DNA from: a virus
Lineage: Duplodnaviria; Heunggongvirae; Uroviricota; Caudoviricetes
Strand: one strand, 5' to 3'
Length of the DNA: 64,000 nt
IMG/VR virus record: IMGVR_UViG_3300020721_000006
Shown: positions 9,799-18,934 of the stretch, piece by piece
Numbering within the stretch: the stretch's first letter is position 1
Layout: each line of letters opens with the position of its first letter
Notes under the pieces: model-generated
What the model was told of the DNA's origin: nothing
The model's database searches: none
The model's input: only the letters and a program-made list of their open reading frames with translations
Translations under genes and position numbers: made by a program

Positions 9799-10970
9799 TG
9801 GCTATCACGCTAAATGGAACAACTGGAATCACAACTCCAGGTTTATTAAATACAGGTACAGAAACTATTGTTGACCTTACAACATCGGGCAATACAATAC
9901 TAGGTGATGCTTCAACAGATACTCTCAATGTAGGTAATGGTGGTATTGTCAAAGATGCGTCAGGCAACGTGGGGATTGGGACGAGTTCGCCAACAACAAA
10001 ACTTACAGTCGCAGGTGCAATAACTATCACGGGTGGATTTGCGCTCAGAGGCTCATATAGTGCTGGTGCAATAAACTCAAACTTTGCGGCTGGAGATGGA
10101 GCTTTAACATCAAACACCACAGGCTACTCCAACACAGCTAGTGGGTTGGGCGCACTCCAGTACAACACCACAGGCTACTTCAACACAGCTAGTGGGGTGG
10201 GCGCACTCAACAACAACACCACAGGCATCTCCAACACAGCTAGTGGGTTGGGCGCACTCCAGTTCAACACCACGGGCAACTACAACACAGCTAGTGGGCA
10301 GAACGCACTCAACGCCAACACCACAGGCTACTCCAACACAGCTAGTGGGTTGGGCACACTCCAGTACAACACCACAGGCTACAACAACACAGCTAGTGGG
10401 CAGAACGCACTCTATACCAACACCACAGGCAGCTACAACACAGCCAGTGGGTGGAATGCGCTCCTATCAAACACCACAGGCAACTACAACACAGCTAGTG
10501 GGGCGGGCGCACTCAACAGCAACACCACGGGGTCAGGGAACTCAGCGTTTAATCCAATAAATTCAGCAGGTACTTATGCACCTGTGTTTAACCCAACCGT
10601 AGAAAACAATCGGTTCTGTATGGGTTCAACTGGGGTGACTAATGCCTATATTCAAGTCGCTTGGACAGTCGTATCTGACGCACGTGATAAAACGAATTTT
10701 GCTCCAGTCCCCCACGGCTTAGAGTTTGTTAATCAACTTAAACCTACTGCCTATCAGTTTAAGGAAAATAGAGAAACTGATATACCAACTGGTATTGTTA
10801 GATATGGTTTTAAGGCACAGGATATACTTGCTTTGGAAGGTGACACTCCTGTCATCATTGACAATGAGGATTTAGATAAACTTAGATTCAACTCTGATAG
10901 TCTTATCCCTGTATTGGTCAATGCAATCAAAGAACTCACTGCTCGTCTTGAGCTTTTGGAAGGAAAATAA
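9798..10970 (+). CDS. tail fibre protein with ~10 tandem NTTGxxNTASGxGAL repeats and C-terminal S74-type auto-chaperone domain
   Basis: N-terminal [17 protein letters not shown]; C-terminal SDARDKTNF ... VPHGLEFVNQLKP ... KAQDILALEG ... ELTARLELLE. Confidence 0.75.
   Translation: MAITLNGTTGITTPGLLNTGTETIVDLTTSGNTILGDASTDTLNVGNGGIVKDASGNVGIGTSSPTTKLTVAGAITITGGFALRGSYSAGAINSNFAAGDGALTSNTTGYSNTASGLGALQYNTTGYFNTASGVGALNNNTTGISNTASGLGALQFNTTGNYNTASGQNALNANTTGYSNTASGLGTLQYNTTGYNNTASGQNALYTNTTGSYNTASGWNALLSNTTGNYNTASGAGALNSNTTGSGNSAFNPINSAGTYAPVFNPTVENNRFCMGSTGVTNAYIQVAWTVVSDARDKTNFAPVPHGLEFVNQLKPTAYQFKENRETDIPTGIVRYGFKAQDILALEGDTPVIIDNEDLDKLRFNSDSLIPVLVNAIKELTARLELLEGK
10110..10535 (+). repeat. 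intragenic tandem repeats (~57-nt period, ~7-8 copies) inside fibre gene 9798
   Basis: repeated acaccacaggctac(t/a)(c/a)caacacagctagtggg...gcactc units visible directly. Confidence 0.7.
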
Positions 10971-10971
10971 A

Positions 10972-11172
10972 ATGAATGAAATCACACCAGCACAACAATA
11001 TACATCAACTATGGACTCAGTAAACCTAATTAATGGTGTTAAGCCTGCGATGATGACTGATGTGGAATGGGCAGATTGTATCAAAAGAAACAAAGAACAC
11101 ATTGAAATTATGTTAGCTAAAGATTTCTGGACAACTGAAGATTTAACTCCTTTCAAGGACGCTGTGAAATGA
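10972..11172 (+). CDS. hypothetical protein (66 aa)
   Basis: start at ATG 10972 just after fibre stop; ATGA overlap with next gene at 11169. Confidence 0.45.
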   Translation: MNEITPAQQYTSTMDSVNLINGVKPAMMTDVEWADCIKRNKEHIEIMLAKDFWTTEDLTPFKDAVK

Positions 11173-11498
11173 TTACAAACACTTGGAACATCACAGCACT
11201 AAATTGCAACCCTGATGTAAATGGTATGCTTGATTATGTTGTGACGGCTCATTGGACTCTCAGCGCAACTGATGGTACTTACACAGGCTCAGTTTACGGT
11301 ACAGCATCTTTTGAAGTTGATCCTGATAAGCCTGACTATACACCTTATGCTGACTTAACTTTAGATGAAGTTATTGCTTGGACCAAAGCAGCATTGGGTG
11401 AAGAACAAGTAGCATCATATGAAGCAAACGTAGCAAGTCAAATTGAATCTCAAATAAATCCAACAATCGTAACTCCACCATTACCTTGGACTGTATAA
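11169..11498 (+). CDS. hypothetical protein (109 aa)
   Basis: coupled ORF. Confidence 0.5.
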   Translation: MITNTWNITALNCNPDVNGMLDYVVTAHWTLSATDGTYTGSVYGTASFEVDPDKPDYTPYADLTLDEVIAWTKAALGEEQVASYEANVASQIESQINPTIVTPPLPWTV

Positions 11499-11653
11499 TG
11501 ATAAACTTAAATTTAACAGTACAAGAAATAAACTTAATCCTACAAGCACTAGGTCAAGCACCATATATTCAAGTAGCAGAGTTAGTGGAAAAAATAAAAG
11601 CACAAGCTGTGCCTCAAGTCAAGGCGTTGCCAAAAGAAGAAACTCCAGAATGA
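11498..11653 (+). CDS. small protein (51 aa)
   Basis: TAATG overlap upstream and ATGA overlap downstream; below track cutoff. Confidence 0.4.
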   Translation: MINLNLTVQEINLILQALGQAPYIQVAELVEKIKAQAVPQVKALPKEETPE

Positions 11654-11868
11654 AAATCGACTGGACTTCAGCATCAACTAAAGGTATAGATGAGACTGAG
11701 TCTGACGCTATTGACGGTTGGTGGGAAACACCTACTGGTGCTGAGTTTGGTGCAGAATATCCAGATTTTAGACTATACTTAGATGGGGTTGTTAAAAATG
11801 ATCAACAACAAATCCAAGATTATATCGATGCTTGTCTAGCAGTTAAAGCAAAATATCCAAAGACATAA
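11650..11868 (+). CDS. hypothetical acidic protein (72 aa)
   Basis: last gene of fibre operon, followed by terminator. Confidence 0.5.
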   Translation: MKIDWTSASTKGIDETESDAIDGWWETPTGAEFGAEYPDFRLYLDGVVKNDQQQIQDYIDACLAVKAKYPKT

Positions 11869-11870
11869 AT

Positions 11871-11911
11871 AAAAAACCCCTGAAGTAGATTAGGCTACTA
11901 TAGGGGTTTTA
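11871..11911. terminator. rho-independent terminator (bidirectional-looking)
   Basis: AAAAAACCCCT-loop-AGGGGTTTT hairpin with A-run upstream and T-run downstream, between convergent transcription units. Confidence 0.55.
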
Positions 11912-11913
11912 AT

Positions 11914-12036
11914 TTATAATACATTCCACCAAATCGGAACTGAACCAGTCCCAACTATCATGAAATAACATAATGTTACAAATAATGATAATCCAATAAA
12001 TGCAGTTAAATTTTCAAAGGTTATCAAATCTTTCAT
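11914..12036 (-). CDS. small hydrophobic peptide (40 aa)
   Basis: AAGGAGGA RBS 5 nt upstream of ATG; single predicted TM. Confidence 0.35.
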   Translation of the reverse strand: MKDLITFENLTAFIGLSLFVTLCYFMIVGTGSVPIWWNVL

Positions 12037-12048
12037 AGGCATCCTCCT

Positions 12049-12147
12049 TCAAATAATTGTAAATAAAAATATGGTTACTGATGATACAAATACTACACTA
12101 CAAATCGCTACAACTAAGGTGTTTACATCTATATGTGGATATTTCAT
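12049..12147 (-). CDS. small hydrophobic peptide (32 aa)
   Basis: GGGAGGA RBS; single TM. Confidence 0.3.
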   Translation of the reverse strand: MKYPHIDVNTLVVAICSVVFVSSVTIFLFTII

Positions 12148-12179
12148 TTTTTCCTCCCATACATATAATATATAGCTTT

Positions 12180-12208
12180 ATTATACACCAGTTTATACAA
12201 AAAATCAA
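12180..12208 (-). promoter_or_regulatory. sigma70-like promoter TTGATT-N17-TATAAT (minus strand)
   Basis: -35 at 12203-12208, -10 at 12180-12185. Confidence 0.45.
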
Positions 12209-12298
12209 TTAAAAACACATACTTATAAGGAAAAACACTATCAATAAATAGTAAACAATTATAGATATAATACTTCTATTGTAGTTTAATATAAAACA

Positions 12299-12327
12299 TT
12301 GACATATAATTTCAATAATGGTATAAT
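12299..12327 (+). promoter_or_regulatory. consensus sigma70-like promoter TTGACA-N17-TATAAT
   Basis: -35 12299-12304, -10 12322-12327, perfect consensus with 17-nt spacer. Confidence 0.6.
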
Positions 12328-12360
12328 AATATACATAATGTTATAACTGTGAGTGAATTA

Positions 12361-14181
12361 ATGAAAAAGAAGAAAAATAAAATAGCAAAACCAAAACAAA
12401 TTGATGCTAATCAATTAAGAAACACTGCTGTAGCAATGCATCAACAAAACAAATTAATAGAAGCAGAAAAATTATACAAACAGCTATTAACTATATTACC
12501 AAATGATACTACTTGTTGGACTAATTTAGGAACACTAGAATACCAACGTGGCAACTTTAAAAATGCAATTCAATTCATTGATAAATCATTAAAGATAGAT
12601 CCAAACCAACCATTTGCACATAACAATCGTGGCAACATTCTTAAAGATCTTAATCTAGTCAATGAAGCATTAGAAAGTTATAGCAATGGTATAGCAATCA
12701 ATGATAAACTTCCAGAACTCTTATACAACCGTGCTATTACATTACATGAATTAGGCAGAGTTGATGAAGCATTGGAATCATACACCAAAACTATAGAAAT
12801 TGATAATAATAATATCAAAGCATATATAAATCTTGGTAACATTCTTCATGAATTAAACAGATCACACGAAGCTATAGCAAACTATAATAAAGTAAAAGAA
12901 CTACAACCAGATTTTGCATTAGCTTATGCAAATTGTGGCATTGTTTACCAACATATCAATGATGACGAAAAAGCATTAGAGAACTATACCAAAGCTACCG
13001 CAATTGAACCTATGTCATCAGTATATTCTAATCGTGGTAATATCTATCAAAATCAACATAAACTATTAGAAGCAATAGAAGAATATGAAAAAGCAATCAA
13101 AATAGATCCAACATTTCATACTGCACACGGTAACAAAGCTAATGCCCTATTATCAGTAAGAAGACTAGAAGAAGCTGAGAAATCATATAATACAGCATTA
13201 ACTATTGAACCAGACTTTGCTGATGCACTTTGGAATAAATCTATACTTCTATTATTATATGGACAATATGAAGAAGGTTTCAAATTGTTTGAAAATAGAT
13301 GGCGTTCTGCACTTAAGAACTATTATCGTAGATATGATAAACCATTGTGGAACGGACAATCATTACAAGATAAAACTATTTACATATACCCAGAACAAGG
13401 ATTTGGTGACTTTATACAATTTTGTAGATACCTACCAATGTTTGATAACATGAATTGTAAAGTAATAGTAGAAGTTCCAATACTGCTTCGAGATCTAGTG
13501 AAAACAATAAAATGCAATGCAACATTTCTAGATTCTGAAACATTTGACAAAACTATACCATTTGATTATCATTGTCCTATAATGAGTCTACCAGGTGGAT
13601 TTAAAACCACATTAGATACTATACCAGCTGATATGCCATACTTATATCCAGTTGAATCTAAACAAAAGTACTGGGCAGATAAATTAGGACCAAAAACAAA
13701 AACAAGAGTGGGATTAGTATGGTCTGGTGGATTTAGACCAGAACAACCAGAAACCTGGGCAGCTAACAGTAGAAGAAATATTAAATTAGCAAATCTAGAA
13801 TGCTTTAAAGATATAGATGTAGAATTCTATAGTATTCAAAAGGGCGCAACACCTGAAAAAGAATTAACAGATTTGGTTGCACAGAATTGGGATGGTCCAG
13901 TTATTACTAGTTATACCGATGAATTAATAGACTTTGCTGATACCGCTGCTTTCATAAGCAACTTGGATTTAGTAATATCAGTTGACACATCTACTGCCCA
14001 TGTAGCAGCTGCTATCGGTAAACCAGTATGGATATTTAATAGATTTGATGCTTGTTGGCGATGGTTACTTAACAGAACTGATAGTCCATGGTATCCAACT
14101 GTTACCTTGTTCAATCAAAAAGTTACCAATGAATGGGATGAAGTTATACAAGAAATACACGAGAAACTTAAAACATTATGA
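12361..14181 (+). CDS. TPR-repeat protein fused to glycosyltransferase-family-9-like (heptosyltransferase-fold) C-terminal domain
   Basis: N-terminal half consists of ~34-aa TPR repeats; C-terminal VDTSTAHVAAAIGKPVWIF motif typical of GT9 transferases; start more likely ATG 12361 than GTG 12349. Confidence 0.75.
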   Translation: MKKKKNKIAKPKQIDANQLRNTAVAMHQQNKLIEAEKLYKQLLTILPNDTTCWTNLGTLEYQRGNFKNAIQFIDKSLKIDPNQPFAHNNRGNILKDLNLVNEALESYSNGIAINDKLPELLYNRAITLHELGRVDEALESYTKTIEIDNNNIKAYINLGNILHELNRSHEAIANYNKVKELQPDFALAYANCGIVYQHINDDEKALENYTKATAIEPMSSVYSNRGNIYQNQHKLLEAIEEYEKAIKIDPTFHTAHGNKANALLSVRRLEEAEKSYNTALTIEPDFADALWNKSILLLLYGQYEEGFKLFENRWRSALKNYYRRYDKPLWNGQSLQDKTIYIYPEQGFGDFIQFCRYLPMFDNMNCKVIVEVPILLRDLVKTIKCNATFLDSETFDKTIPFDYHCPIMSLPGGFKTTLDTIPADMPYLYPVESKQKYWADKLGPKTKTRVGLVWSGGFRPEQPETWAANSRRNIKLANLECFKDIDVEFYSIQKGATPEKELTDLVAQNWDGPVITSYTDELIDFADTAAFISNLDLVISVDTSTAHVAAAIGKPVWIFNRFDACWRWLLNRTDSPWYPTVTLFNQKVTNEWDEVIQEIHEKLKTL

Positions 14182-14426
14182 CACAGAATACATTACCAGA
14201 TTTATATAACATATCAGTTGAAGAACTTCCAGAAGACATTAAAGAAAAGTTATATGATATGCTATTTGATAATGAATATAACAATTATGAGGAATTCGAT
14301 GATTTAATAAAAAAGGAACTTGATGAATATTTGTATAGCTTTACGTCTGCTTTATATTTAGAAGGGTACCAATTAACATTTAAATCTGAAGCTCATTATA
14401 CCTTTTTCCTACTCAAATGGATGTAA
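14178..14426 (+). CDS. WF-family small protein (C-terminal YTFFLLKWM)
   Basis: member of expanded family with C-terminal FxxExxxxWFxLRWS signature. Confidence 0.5.
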   Translation: MTQNTLPDLYNISVEELPEDIKEKLYDMLFDNEYNNYEEFDDLIKKELDEYLYSFTSALYLEGYQLTFKSEAHYTFFLLKWM

Positions 14427-14427
14427 T

Positions 14428-14664
14428 ATGTATAAAGTAATGATACCAGAAACAAACAAAATTGGTTACGAATGGACTAAGTTACATTTAATGAAGGCGT
14501 GGTGCAAAGAAACATATGGATATGCTAAGGTAGATAACAAATATATATGGCGTAGTAGAATGGAATATCATGTTGATTGGGGGAAGAATTCGGTTGATAA
14601 AATTGCGTGCTTCTATTTCCAAAAAGAAGAACACGCTACATGGTTTGTTTTACGATGGACTTGA
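14428..14664 (+). CDS. WF-family small protein (AWCKETYG ... ATWFVLRWT)
   Basis: both family motifs present. Confidence 0.6.
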   Translation: MYKVMIPETNKIGYEWTKLHLMKAWCKETYGYAKVDNKYIWRSRMEYHVDWGKNSVDKIACFYFQKEEHATWFVLRWT

Positions 14665-14870
14665 ATACTGCCGTAGTTGATTTAGAAAAATATGATAAGT
14701 TTAGATATAGAGATATCAATTCATATAATGGATTTGCCAGATTAAATGCTACCTATATTTTTAAAAAGAAGTTCAAGATTACCGGTGAACGATTTGTAGC
14801 ATTTAATGAATTAGAACTAACATTTGAAACTGAACAAGCCAAAACTTGGTTCTTATTAAACTTGCATTAA
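14655..14870 (+). CDS. WF-family-like small protein (KTWFLLNLH)
   Basis: start moved to internal ATG 14655 overlapping previous stop. Confidence 0.4.
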   Translation: MDLNTAVVDLEKYDKFRYRDINSYNGFARLNATYIFKKKFKITGERFVAFNELELTFETEQAKTWFLLNLH

Positions 14871-15301
14871 TGTTTTGATACTTTATAAAAAGCAAGATTA
14901 CCAGTCACATCATGATGCATTTTCCAAGTTGGTAATAATATTTTGGCTAATCTGCTATATAACGATTGTCTATTTGAATCTTCGGCAGAAAAAATAACAC
15001 TGTTGACTTCATGTGTATTTAAAAAATCTTTCATTATAGATACAACAGTTGAGAATACAGATTTTTCACTACCAGTACCAGTTTTGCTATAAACCTTTTT
15101 ACCTTTTACTATTTGATAAAATGCAATCTTCCACGATTCACCATAATTAAATGCATCAAAACCATATTTAAGTTTCTTTGAAAAGAATCTGCCAGGTTGA
15201 ACTATTACAAATTCCGCTACTGCTGATTTATTATCATTAACAATCCATTTATATGGAACAGTTGAATCAAATGATTCACTTAGTATTTCAATTATCTTCA
15301 T
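14867..15301 (-). CDS. hypothetical protein with CTS-like N-terminus MKIIEILSES
   Basis: 144-aa ORF on opposite strand inside the rightward array; GGAG RBS. Confidence 0.55.
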   Translation of the reverse strand: MKIIEILSESFDSTVPYKWIVNDNKSAVAEFVIVQPGRFFSKKLKYGFDAFNYGESWKIAFYQIVKGKKVYSKTGTGSEKSVFSTVVSIMKDFLNTHEVNSVIFSAEDSNRQSLYSRLAKILLPTWKMHHDVTGNLAFYKVSKH

Positions 15302-15332
15302 TAATATTTCTCCGATAGTGTATTTATTGGTC

Positions 15333-15361
15333 TTGACAAATATTAGTAATTAACATATAAT
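15333..15361 (+). promoter_or_regulatory. consensus promoter TTGACA-N17-TATAAT
   Basis: -35 15333-15338, -10 15356-15361; ATG 15369 lies at predicted TSS (leaderless-type). Confidence 0.55.
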
Positions 15362-15368
15362 AAAGAAT

Positions 15369-15575
15369 ATGAATACTATAACATTAAACCAAAAACAAAC
15401 TAGAATTTTCTGGAGTGACATTGTTTTTAACAAACAAGTAACTATACACTCTATTGACAAATACATTTATGACACATATAATATCACTAAACGTAGATGG
15501 ACAACCCATAGAACGTTAGAACTAACTTTTGAAGATGAAAAATATATATCCCTCTTTCTTGTGAGGTGGTCATGA
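15369..15575 (+). CDS. WF-family small protein (ISLFLVRWS)
   Basis: family C-terminal motif. Confidence 0.55.
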   Translation: MNTITLNQKQTRIFWSDIVFNKQVTIHSIDKYIYDTYNITKRRWTTHRTLELTFEDEKYISLFLVRWS

Positions 15576-15778
15576 ACGAAAAAGAAAATACATTTAATAT
15601 ATTAGCTAATAAACCATTATTAATTACTAGTTCATTATGCTACGTTGGTATACATAGTTGGAGTAAATGGAACGACCCACACACACGAGCAGTTGCCGGA
15701 TATCAAACTATATTTGAGACAATTCAAGAAAAAACTTGTAGACATTGTAATTTAAGAAAATATAAGAAGTTTAAGTAG
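15566..15778 (+). CDS. hypothetical small protein (70 aa), Cys-containing
   Basis: ORF only. Confidence 0.4.
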   Translation: MVMNEKENTFNILANKPLLITSSLCYVGIHSWSKWNDPHTRAVAGYQTIFETIQEKTCRHCNLRKYKKFK

Positions 15779-15848
15779 AGGGTTTAATGAAAATAGTTCA
15801 AATTCTAGAAGAAGATGATATACTACACCAACTGATTATTGTAGACCA

Positions 15849-16229
15849 TTGATTTTAACTACATTTTCACCACAAAGTGATGTTTATTCATTTTATAATA
15901 CCTATTCTGGTACACCAGAGAACAATGCAAAATGGATAAGAGTAGACCAAAAGTTTGGTGACTTCTGGTTTGGTAAGCCGGTAAAAGAATTAGTTATGGT
16001 GAACCCATATGAATTTATTCGTGGTGAAATACCTAAAAGCCATTTCTATGGTAAAACACGTAAAGATATAGAAAACGAGTATGATGAATATTTAAGTTCT
16101 AATGCAATGCCATACGGAAAATACCAAGAATATACTTTTGCAGAAATAAAAGCGTATGATATATCTTATTTTTCATGGGCTACTGATAAAGAAATAATAA
16201 AGGTTATTGATTATGATAATAAAGACTAA
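15849..16229 (+). CDS. hypothetical protein (126 aa)
   Basis: ORF only. Confidence 0.45.
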   Translation: MILTTFSPQSDVYSFYNTYSGTPENNAKWIRVDQKFGDFWFGKPVKELVMVNPYEFIRGEIPKSHFYGKTRKDIENEYDEYLSSNAMPYGKYQEYTFAEIKAYDISYFSWATDKEIIKVIDYDNKD

Positions 16230-16452
16230 GGTTATTAATGGTTCATACTTCCCTTTCTTAGCAGAAATGCGTGAGATCGAAGATAACGATTATATTGTTA
16301 TCAGACAATGGTGTATAGACCAATTTGGAATACCATCTAAAGCTGGCAGAGGGTTAGATACAACTGCAAGATGGTTGGAACCAATTTTTAGTAATGGTTT
16401 TAGATTTAAGAACGAAGCAGACCGTGTTTGGTTTGTAATGAGGTGGACATGA
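16207..16452 (+). CDS. WF-family small protein (QWCIDQFG ... RVWFVMRWT)
   Basis: both motifs. Confidence 0.55.
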   Translation: MIMIIKTKVINGSYFPFLAEMREIEDNDYIVIRQWCIDQFGIPSKAGRGLDTTARWLEPIFSNGFRFKNEADRVWFVMRWT

Positions 16453-16673
16453 AAATAGAGAAACTTGATAACAATCCTTACCCATATATTATTAGATTTA
16501 GAACCAACTGTGCTCTGACACAATGGGAAGAAATGTATAATTGGTGCACAGAAACGTTTGGCACCGCATACGCAACAGAAGGTATCTGGATTAAACAATT
16601 GAATGGCATACGATTCAAACATAAAGAACATGCTACCTGGTTTGTTTTACGATGGTCTGGTAATGACATATAA
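16449..16673 (+). CDS. WF-family small protein (NWCTETFG ... ATWFVLRWS)
   Basis: start at ATG 16449 (ATGA overlap); ORF-track N-terminal extension MVCNEVD is overlap artefact. Confidence 0.6.
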   Translation: MKIEKLDNNPYPYIIRFRTNCALTQWEEMYNWCTETFGTAYATEGIWIKQLNGIRFKHKEHATWFVLRWSGNDI

Positions 16674-16869
16674 TATAATATTAAATTCAGAACAAACTAA
16701 AAAGTTTTGGAAAGAAGTCTGTGAGAAAGTAAATTGGGAAATGAGTGAGCTTGACCAGTACTTATATGACAAGTATACTATTGTAAAACGAACATGGCAA
16801 TCTAATCGAACTTTACGTCTAACATTAGAAGATGAGAAATATATAACTTGGTTTAGCTTATACTTATGA
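16663..16869 (+). CDS. WF-family-like small protein (ITWFSLYL)
   Basis: internal start chosen to avoid long overlap. Confidence 0.45.
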   Translation: MTYNIILNSEQTKKFWKEVCEKVNWEMSELDQYLYDKYTIVKRTWQSNRTLRLTLEDEKYITWFSLYL

Positions 16870-17138
16870 ATGATTGTGAATTATATTTAAATGAAGAAAT
16901 GTGGGAAAGATTAAGAACATATCTTAATTACCTTGATCCTACTGATGAAATTATGTATTCTAACGGAAATCATAGACAACAATGGAAACGAGAAATTAAG
17001 AAACATTTTAAAGGAAAATACTATGAACATACTAAGGCATCAAGTCGTAAATTTTGGGGTTATATAATGTTTGATAAACCAGAACATAAAACATGGTTTA
17101 TTATCAAAATATCAGCAGAGGAAATGTATGATCATTGA
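16866..17138 (+). CDS. WF-family variant (FDKPEHKTWFIIKIS)
   Basis: ATGA overlap with previous gene; same subtype as minus-strand member ending KPEHKTWFIFKWS. Confidence 0.5.
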   Translation: MNDCELYLNEEMWERLRTYLNYLDPTDEIMYSNGNHRQQWKREIKKHFKGKYYEHTKASSRKFWGYIMFDKPEHKTWFIIKISAEEMYDH

Positions 17139-17367
17139 AAAACCAGGATATGTATTTACTTATAGTATTCAATTTGATTGGTTGTATCCTCATTTAGGGG
17201 AAATTTATGAATGGTGTGAAGATACTTTTGGTGAAGCATTTAATAACTCAGTTCATCAAGCAGTACATAATCCAGCAAAATGGACTAAACAAAGGGGTGG
17301 TGTAAGGTTTACAAAATTAGAACACGCTGAATGGTTTGTGTTACGGTGGAGTGGTATTGACATATAA
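17128..17367 (+). CDS. WF-family small protein (EWCEDTFG ... AEWFVLRWS)
   Basis: both motifs. Confidence 0.55.
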   Translation: MIIEKPGYVFTYSIQFDWLYPHLGEIYEWCEDTFGEAFNNSVHQAVHNPAKWTKQRGGVRFTKLEHAEWFVLRWSGIDI

Positions 17368-17413
17368 TACAAAACACTGTATAATACAGAATAATTAAAA
17401 TATAAGGAATATT

Positions 17414-17923
17414 ATGAATAAAGAAAAATACGTATTTTTTTGGGGCGGAGTTTTCAGCCAATGGTACAAATCTAACTTTACTTTAGATGGAATTACATTT
17501 AATACTGCTGAGCAGTTCATGATGTATCAAAGGGCCATGCTTTTTGAAGATACCGACATTGCTAAACAAATTTTAAAATGCAATGATCCTAAGAAACAGA
17601 AAGAATTAGGAAGAAAAGTAAAGAACTTTGAAATGTCAAAATGGAATGAACATTGTCTTCAATATGTATTCCGTGGTAATCATGCCAAATTTGACCAAAA
17701 CAAACGATTATATGATATGCTAATGAATACTGCTCCTGCACTATTAGTTGAAGCATCACCATTTGATCGGGTATGGGGGATAGGATTAGATGAGAAAGCT
17801 GCCAGTAAAACACCTGAAAGTGAATGGCCAGGCACAAATTGGTTGGGTAAAACATTGACAAATCTTCGTGATCACTTTGAGCATGAGGAATTAATTGAAC
17901 AATGGGAAAAAACTAATGAATAA
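17414..17923 (+). CDS. NADAR-domain protein (YbiA-like, DUF1768)
   Basis: FSQWY ... FNTAEQFMMYQRAMLF ... KELGRKVKNF ... LLVEASPFDRVWGIGL pattern characteristic of NADAR family. Confidence 0.65.
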   Translation: MNKEKYVFFWGGVFSQWYKSNFTLDGITFNTAEQFMMYQRAMLFEDTDIAKQILKCNDPKKQKELGRKVKNFEMSKWNEHCLQYVFRGNHAKFDQNKRLYDMLMNTAPALLVEASPFDRVWGIGLDEKAASKTPESEWPGTNWLGKTLTNLRDHFEHEELIEQWEKTNE

Positions 17924-18167
17924 ACTAATGCTACCATGTGGTGGAACTGCATACTTTGATTATGATAGTGGGTGTAGTTATATATGTTCAACTTGTTATG
18001 CTACTATTGGTAGTATCGGTCAATCACAATCATGTAAAGATGCTGCTCAAATGTATGAGAATTGGCAAGCACTCGGTGGTGGTGGATGGGATTACAAGTT
18101 AGGTAAGCCAGAAAAATCATTAGATGGTGTTGAATATGATTTCAATCCAGATGATTATTTAAGTTGA
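17916..18167 (+). CDS. Cys-rich small protein (84 aa)
   Basis: CGG ... CSYICSTC motif; start at internal ATG overlapping NADAR stop. Confidence 0.4.
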   Translation: MNKLMLPCGGTAYFDYDSGCSYICSTCYATIGSIGQSQSCKDAAQMYENWQALGGGGWDYKLGKPEKSLDGVEYDFNPDDYLS

Positions 18168-18728
18168 TTAATAGAAATTTGGATTACCAATATATAAAAT
18201 CATAGGCATTAATGTATTCTGGTGTTCTTTTAAATAAGTTTCATTGGATTCCATAATAGTAATAGATGTTGGTCCAGCATGACCAGCATCGCTACTAGCA
18301 TATATCCATTCTGCTCTAATTTTGTCTATATCTGGATAATCTCCATTTTGATCCACCACAGTAAATCTTTTAGAATTACGTTGTAAAAATCGTAATAGCC
18401 ACTGTAATCCTTCACTGGTCAATTGCTCATTTGATGAAAATATTACTTTTTTACCTAATACCCCAGTAATAAATGCAATTAGTGCAGTAATTCCACCAAC
18501 TATATTAGCCCGATTACGCATTCCATGTAAAAAATCACCAGACATTAAAATGTAAACTGTGATTTTATCTCCTTTACTAAAGAAGTATAATGTAGCTTCA
18601 CCTGATATGAACTTGTGAACATCTTCACCATCAATGGTACCAATCTTTTTGCTATGTAATAGAATTTGGTCATCTGGCATGGTTAAATCTAATGCAGAAT
18701 GTGCGTAATCAATTTCAAAAATTTTCAT
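18168..18728 (-). CDS. hypothetical protein (186 aa) with CTS-like N-terminus MKIFEIDYAHS
   Basis: isolated minus-strand ORF. Confidence 0.55.
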   Translation of the reverse strand: MKIFEIDYAHSALDLTMPDDQILLHSKKIGTIDGEDVHKFISGEATLYFFSKGDKITVYILMSGDFLHGMRNRANIVGGITALIAFITGVLGKKVIFSSNEQLTSEGLQWLLRFLQRNSKRFTVVDQNGDYPDIDKIRAEWIYASSDAGHAGPTSITIMESNETYLKEHQNTLMPMILYIGNPNFY

Positions 18729-18743
18729 ATATGTATTTAGTAG

Positions 18744-18772
18744 TTGACAGTCTCAAAAAAATATACTATAAT
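18744..18772 (+). promoter_or_regulatory. consensus promoter TTGACA-N17-TATAAT
   Basis: -35 18744-18749, -10 18767-18772. Confidence 0.55.
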
Positions 18773-18803
18773 ATAATCTCAATAACAAACTTAGGAAATA
18801 TAA

Positions 18804-18932
18804 ATGGTTATCGGTGTAATTGATATAATTGGTGATGTAATTGGAACTTTGATATTAGCAGGAACTATTTGGTTCTTCTATCCAACGCTAAAAAATATGT
18901 TTAACGAAATTAGAAACTCATATAAGGATTAA
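18804..18932 (+). CDS. small membrane peptide (42 aa)
   Basis: AGGAAATATAA RBS; one TM (VIGTLILAGTIWFFY). Confidence 0.4.
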   Translation: MVIGVIDIIGDVIGTLILAGTIWFFYPTLKNMFNEIRNSYKD

Positions 18933-18934
18933 AA

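Noticed and set aside
10141-10560. 139-aa ORF (MGWAHSSTTPQATSTQLVGW ...) with its own internal repeats
   Set aside because: It is simply the +1 frame of the tandem nucleotide repeats inside fibre gene 9798; no RBS, same strand overlap, repeat-induced artefact.
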